64,000 nt of DNA from Nitrospirota bacterium (GTDB lineage: Bacteria; Nitrospirota; UBA9217): assembly GCA_963705595.1 (NCBI GenBank), contig CAVPKD010000004.1, positions 451,111-515,110 of the forward strand, read 5' to 3'. Positions within the stretch are counted from its first letter, which is position 1. Every line of letters starts with the position of its first letter. The position numbers were made by a program, and so were the translations under genes. The notes under the pieces were generated by a model. It searched no databases, was not told where the DNA came from, and was given only the letters and a program-made list of their open reading frames with translations. This document shows, piece after piece, positions 59,464 through 64,000 of the stretch.

Positions 59464-60303
59464 ATGACAAATGGACTGACATGCCCCGTAATAAAACTTG
59501 AAAAGATTCTTCTGGCGACAGACCAATCAGAGTTCAGTGAGGGCGCAATACGCGAGGCGATCAAGTTTGCCTCTAAATGTTCAAGCAAGATTTACGCGTG
59601 CATGACGCTTGAGACGAATCCCGAATACGAGACCATCGGGTCCAACGTCTTTGAAAAGGAAGAAGCAGAGGCAACAGCCCATCTGGACTCCATCAGGAAG
59701 CGGGCAACGGAAGCAGGTGTAGCGTGTGACACCGTTCTGCATGAATCAATGGACGCTGCACAAGCCATCGTGGACGAGGCGACTGAAAAGAAAGTTGACA
59801 TGATCGTCATCGGCAGGCGCGGGCGTAAAGGTGTGGCAAAGGCTCTCATGGGTGAGATTGCCGCGAAAGTAATTACTCACGCTCCCTGCAAAGTACTGGT
59901 TGTTCCCAAGGCCGCACAGATCGAATATAAAAATATACTGGTCGCCACTGACGGCCTGCCCCAGGCCAATGCAGCGGTCTCGGAAGCGATAGCAATTGCA
60001 AAACGCTGTGGAAGCCATCTTATCGCTCTCTCGGCCATGCGTGATGAAAGCGAACGGGCAGAAGCGAAAAAACATTCAACCGATGCCGCTGCTGCTGCGC
60101 AGAAGGAAGGCGTGACGGCCGAAGCGGTTACCGCCACGGGAAGATCGTTCAAAGCCATCGTTGAAACAGCCGGCGGAAGAGGTATTGACCTTATCGTTAT
60201 GGGGACTTACGGAAAGACAGGCGTAAAGAAGCTTCTGATGGGCAGTGCGACGGAAAAAGTCATCGGGAGCGCCGGTTGCGCTGTGCTCGTGGTCAAGGCG
60301 TAG
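59464..60303 (+). CDS. tandem universal stress protein (two UspA domains)
   Basis: Intact 279-aa ORF with two repeats each ending in G.RGR.G....(L)MGS(V/A)...V.....C.VLVV. Confidence 0.85.
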   Translation: MTNGLTCPVIKLEKILLATDQSEFSEGAIREAIKFASKCSSKIYACMTLETNPEYETIGSNVFEKEEAEATAHLDSIRKRATEAGVACDTVLHESMDAAQAIVDEATEKKVDMIVIGRRGRKGVAKALMGEIAAKVITHAPCKVLVVPKAAQIEYKNILVATDGLPQANAAVSEAIAIAKRCGSHLIALSAMRDESERAEAKKHSTDAAAAAQKEGVTAEAVTATGRSFKAIVETAGGRGIDLIVMGTYGKTGVKKLLMGSATEKVIGSAGCAVLVVKA

Positions 60304-60314
60304 TTATTTAAAGT

Positions 60315-60351
60315 GAAGCTTCCTGCCTCTCGCAGGGGGCTTCCCTTTTTT
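60315..60351 (+). terminator. intrinsic terminator after the usp gene
   Basis: GAAGCTTCCTGC-ctctc-GCAGGGGGCTTC (two G-U pairs) followed by CCTTTTTT. Confidence 0.6.
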
Positions 60352-60848
60352 ATAAATTTTATGCTGATTCGCTACAAACCCGCTGCCTGCGACTGCCGTC
60401 GAACCGTTCCCTTCAACGTCTTCATGTCTCCTTCAAACTCCGCGACGACGTAATTCACAGGGGCCGTAGTAACCGAAATGGACGTACTAAGTTACTATTG
60501 CAGACATAGACTCCTGTTAGCACGTTTCAATCTGTATTTCACAGCTATTTCAGCTGCCCGCCGTTGCATATTAGTAGGGAATCTCGCAGAGGTTCAAATT
60601 TGCCTGAGGTAAAAAATGGTGGTTGAAAATTTAACAGCGTTAAAAATGTGTAAACTAAATGTGAAGATCATTTTATGGGCGCTGGTATGAGGTGGATATT
60701 TTCAGGGGGTTTTTGATAGATAAATTATGCGGGGGTACTTTTGGGAGTATATCAAAAAAACATTGCAGAAGATACTGTTATTTCAATTCATTGGACAAAC
60801 TATTTAATGGCCGCCGCCCGTAGTCCAGCACAAGCCACCATGAAAAAC

Positions 60849-60886
60849 AAAGGGTTAGCATAAAATGCTAACCCTTTGTTCATTTT
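60849..60886. terminator. strong isolated hairpin (possible bidirectional terminator)
   Basis: Perfect 12-bp stem AAAGGGTTAGCA/TGCTAACCCTTT with A-rich and T-rich flanks. Confidence 0.45.
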
Positions 60887-60986
60887 CTATATTGATGCTG
60901 TGCGGCAATTGTGAGGCCCCGGTACAAATTTAATCGCAACAAAAAATCCTAATCTATGCTACCCGATGCTTCCCACTTCAATTGCA

Positions 60987-61154
60987 TCAGTTCGAACATT
61001 TCGGGCAACCTTTATTGCACCTTACACAGAATGAACGACTGCAAGGAAGGTATGCTCCGCCTTCGTCCTCTCGATCACGTGATCGTTCACGTGATTGATC
61101 ATATGCATAGAGTACTCGGTCTCCCCAAATTTGCCACATAGGTATGGTTCTCAT
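60987..61154 (-). CDS. hypothetical 55-aa protein with a Cys-rich tail, divergent from the LysR gene
   Basis: Hand-translated. GGAGG sits 5 nt before ATG 61154. MRTIPMWQIWGDRVLYAYDQSRERSRDREDEGGAYLPCSRSFCVRCNKGCPKCSN. Below the ORF-track cut-off. Confidence 0.35.
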   Translation of the reverse strand: MRTIPMWQIWGDRVLYAYDQSRERSRDREDEGGAYLPCSRSFCVRCNKGCPKCSN

Positions 61155-61212
61155 AATTACCTCCTTGGCGATTAATATCCCTGACTCTCTACTAGTTATG
61201 GTAGCTACTGCC

Positions 61213-61241
61213 TTGACATATGTCTAATATATTGTTAATAT
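61213..61241 (+). promoter_or_regulatory. candidate sigma-70 promoter of the LysR gene
   Basis: TTGACA (61213-61218), 17 nt, TAATAT (61236-61241). Confidence 0.45.
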
Positions 61242-61261
61242 CGACTCAATACTTATTAAAT

Positions 61262-62158
61262 ATGGAACTACGACATCTCAAATACTTCGTTGCAGTGGCT
61301 GAGGAACTCCATTTTGGGAGGGCTGCCAAAAAGCTTAACATCGCACAGCCGCCCTTGAGTCAGCAGATCATGAACCTTGAAGAAGAACTTCGGATAAAGC
61401 TTTTTGACAGGTCTAAGCGAAACATACAGATGACCGCTGCTGGCAGTCATTTTCTTAAAGAGGCCAGGCAGGTCCTTTTACAAGTTAAACAGGCTGCTGA
61501 AACAGCCAGAAGGATACACGGCGGAAAGGCTGGACATCTGGTAGTAGGGTTTGTGGGCTCAGTGATCCATACTTTTTTGCCTGAAGGGTTACGATTATTC
61601 CGAGAACGCTTCCCTGAGGTAGAGCTTGAACTGCATGAGATAAATACCGCAGAACAGATAACGTCGCTTCATGCGAAACGCATTGATGTCGGATTTTTCT
61701 ATACGAGCGCTCAAGACTCCATGCTTGCATCTAAAACGCTCACGCTGGCGCCATTACTGGCGGTATTGCATAACAAACACCCTCTTTCGGGCCGTAAATC
61801 GGTGCATATCAGGGAGCTGGCACATGAGCCTTTCATCGCAAACACACGCTCCTCAGAGCCGGTTGTCCGTGATGCCTTTATCAGCCTGTGTCATTCTGCC
61901 GGGTTCAGCCCGAGAATAACGCAGGAGGCAGGGCAGGTACAAACAGTGTTAGGTCTCGTAGCTTCCGGACTGGGAGCCTGCCTCCTCCCCGATTTTATAA
62001 AAAATATCAGACGGCCAGGAGTGCAGTATATACCCTTGTCAGGATCGCCCCCGGAGGTAAAACTCGCCGTTGTCTGGCGCAGCGATAATGCTTCCCTCCT
62101 TGTAAAGTCATTTGTAAATATAATTGAGTCTTATTCGTATTTCGACTGGGAGCGTTGA
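61262..62158 (+). CDS. LysR-family transcriptional regulator
   Basis: ORF 61220-62158 trimmed to ATG 61262 (MELRHLKYFVAVAEELHFGRAAKKLNIAQPPLSQQI, the canonical LysR HTH start). Confidence 0.85.
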   Translation: MELRHLKYFVAVAEELHFGRAAKKLNIAQPPLSQQIMNLEEELRIKLFDRSKRNIQMTAAGSHFLKEARQVLLQVKQAAETARRIHGGKAGHLVVGFVGSVIHTFLPEGLRLFRERFPEVELELHEINTAEQITSLHAKRIDVGFFYTSAQDSMLASKTLTLAPLLAVLHNKHPLSGRKSVHIRELAHEPFIANTRSSEPVVRDAFISLCHSAGFSPRITQEAGQVQTVLGLVASGLGACLLPDFIKNIRRPGVQYIPLSGSPPEVKLAVVWRSDNASLLVKSFVNIIESYSYFDWER

Positions 62159-62902
62159 AAACTCCTTTCCCTATGGCCCGCGCGTCAGATGAGGGCCGCG
62201 AAAAAGGTGAAATAGAGATATTCCGCAATGGAGCGGAGCTTTCCCGGTACCCAGCGAGCATTTCGAGCCGACGCGGGGTCGGCGCATTGTTTCCTGACAC
62301 CTCGTGGCGGCACGGCTTAAAGGCGAGATCAGAGAGCAGGAGTATCAGACGCTAAAGAACAAGCTGATCAACGCGCAGGGGGTGAAATGGTAAAAATTAA
62401 ATTTTCCATCGCACAATCTCAGGCGACCATACTTAAAGGCACACTGCGATTATGCAAACCCCTCTAAACTCATCGTTTGTGTGCGAGTTATAACCCGTAT
62501 TCTTTGCCATCGTCAAAACATTGGCATTGCAAGATAGTAGGTGAAGCTGACGAAGCATACCCATTCAATGCATTCACATTAACAGGTTTAAACATGATTG
62601 CCAAATAATCCTCGTGAGAGTATTATCCTACATGGAAGATTTACCGGAATCACTGGTAGGATTGAATCGGGAAGTCTGAAAGGAATGATCAGCCATGAGA
62701 AAAGCTGCCGAGTAAAAAATCGTGCTTGCCTATGAAGCTTTTCTTCACAACCGCACCAATCGGTCTTGCGTAGGTTAAGTTACTGATTTGCTCAATGCAG
62801 TGCCTTGTCAAAGGAAATAGCAGATTAACTATAGGCGGGCAAAAAAAGCGGAGCACGTACCATTTTCGGTAAACGCGCCCCGCACCGGCATTATCTATAA
62901 TC

Positions 62903-63220
62903 CTATGCTGCCCGACGATGCCTATCTCGCTCTTTCAGGAATGCGTCCTTTCCTGCTTCAATGGCGCCTCCAACAGCTGTTTTGCCATCCTTGTACAGTG
63001 CTTTGCTCTTGTCAATGGTCGTGTCAATGGTCGTGGAAATGGAATCTCTTGTCCGCACTGCGTAATCCATGACATCTTTCCTCATTGCCTTGCCGGATTT
63101 TGGCGCCATCAGGAGAGCTATTCCTGCTCCTAACACCCCGCCCACCAGGAACGGGACCAGAATTGATCTTTCATTTTTTTCAGGTACCTCTTTTTCAAGG
63201 ACTTCCTTCATGGTCATCAC
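62903..63220 (-). CDS. YtxH-domain general-stress-type protein
   Basis: Intact 105-aa ORF. TM-like VPFLVGGVLGAGIALLMAPKSGK followed by a helical Lys/Asp-rich region. Confidence 0.8.
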   Translation of the reverse strand: MMTMKEVLEKEVPEKNERSILVPFLVGGVLGAGIALLMAPKSGKAMRKDVMDYAVRTRDSISTTIDTTIDKSKALYKDGKTAVGGAIEAGKDAFLKERDRHRRAA

Positions 63221-63605
63221 TCCTCCTTTCCTTCAGATTACGAACCAGGGTTACTACTCCTGTTGCAATGCCGGCCTTCAGTCCGGCGACATTTGCCTCG
63301 GCAGCAGTGGCCAATTCATTCTTCACCTTTCCGTAGAAGTTCTGTAACCCTTTCTCCACACTCACCACCCTATCGGTAATATCTCTTACATCTTGCGTTA
63401 TACCGCTGACATTCGCTGTGATTTGATTCATGTTTTCAAGAGTATCCTTCAATTCTATCAGCGCGGCGTTTAGATTTCCTTCTGTGTTCATTAAGAATTC
63501 ACGGAGCGCATTGCTTGTGCGCCGTAGATCCATGAAATAGGAGATGCCAAATGCAGCATAGACAATAAAGGCCACCACACCGATGAACAAAATCGCCTGG
63601 ATCAT
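63195..63605 (-). CDS. DUF948-domain membrane-anchored protein
   Basis: Intact 136-aa ORF. N-terminal TM helix, then L..T..L...L..T...(D/N)......V repeats typical of DUF948. It overlaps the YtxH gene start, a pairing common for these two families. Confidence 0.75.
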   Translation of the reverse strand: MIQAILFIGVVAFIVYAAFGISYFMDLRRTSNALREFLMNTEGNLNAALIELKDTLENMNQITANVSGITQDVRDITDRVVSVEKGLQNFYGKVKNELATAAEANVAGLKAGIATGVVTLVRNLKERRSDDHEGSP

Positions 63606-64000
63606 CCTGTCCTCCTATTATTTATATTATACCACAGGCTTATTTCGGCCGTTCGTGAGGACAAGCTGTTACATATCGATTGGATTTTTCCTATGGTGCG
63701 CATTGCCAAGAGCAAAGAGCATATTACCAAAAAGGGGTAGTAGCGCCAAGCTGTAGAGCGGTGAAAATAACTATATTATTAGTTTATAACGAATTTATTT
63801 TCTTGACTTATCCACAAAAAATGGTAATATTATATAAAAATGATCTCGGTTTTTCTATAAAAATTGGATACGGATTAATATGTGCCAATTAACCGTATTA
63901 TTTCATTATGTTACAGTAAATTATCAAAGAATGATCCTGACGGGTAATGTTTTTATAGCCATGATGGTTCCTGGCTCATGATTAATATCCAAATCAAAGC

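Noticed and set aside
1-64000. Window-wide scan for CRISPR arrays, rRNA, tRNA (T-loop GGTTCGAATCC-type strings), transposases, integrases, reverse transcriptases and defence-type nucleases or ATPases.
   Set aside because: None was recognised by eye. This is a limited manual scan, so small or divergent RNAs cannot be excluded.

Overview
All family assignments below were made by eye from the sequence and the ORF track, using motifs from memory. No database search, RNA folding or statistics were run.

Overview: this is a 64-kb bacterial chromosomal window. I recognised no rRNA, tRNA, CRISPR array, transposase, integrase or defence genes. The gene content (c-type cytochromes, B12-type ribonucleotide reductase, split archaeal-type glutamate synthase, hydrogenase-style NADH module) suggests an anaerobe, probably from a metagenome assembly. 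That is inference only.

Layout:
- 1-15.5 kb: one long + strand operon. It has four regulator-type genes (CBS+GHKL ATPase, DRTGG, PHP, GHKL ATPase), then a HydC/NuoE-like gene, a small [2Fe-2S] ferredoxin, HydB/NuoF-like and NuoG-like genes, then nuoHIJKLMN and a strong terminator. nuoA-D are not in the window.
- 15.5-23 kb: YwiC-like membrane protein, class II ribonucleotide reductase, HtrA-like protease, lytic transglycosylase, and a Crp/Fnr regulator with two palindromic candidate sites next to a DUF2892 gene.
- 23.3-28.5 kb: a split glutamate-synthase-like operon.
- 28.6-50 kb: mixed housekeeping and accessory genes. These include a haloalkane-dehalogenase-family hydrolase, two cytochromes c, an M50-CBS protease, NUDIX, CheY, a putative outer-membrane protein (OMP), NDH-2 and a 1120-aa M1+M28+PDZ peptidase.
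- 50-64 kb: an AT-richer, decayed accessory region with gene remnants, a chrBA chromate module and stress proteins (USP, YtxH, DUF948).

Observations most worth a second look:
1. The hydrogenase-type NADH module and its regulators are joined directly to the complex I membrane arm.
2. A near-consensus sigma-54 promoter (51514) fires into about 1 kb with no credible gene, only ATGA-coupled mini-ORFs and many perfect hairpins.
3. A conserved promoter plus 5' leader is shared by two unrelated genes (28951 and 54277).
4. A nested three-helix RNA-like structure sits at 49347-49491.
5. Indel-type frame breaks are dense but confined to the two GC-rich operons.
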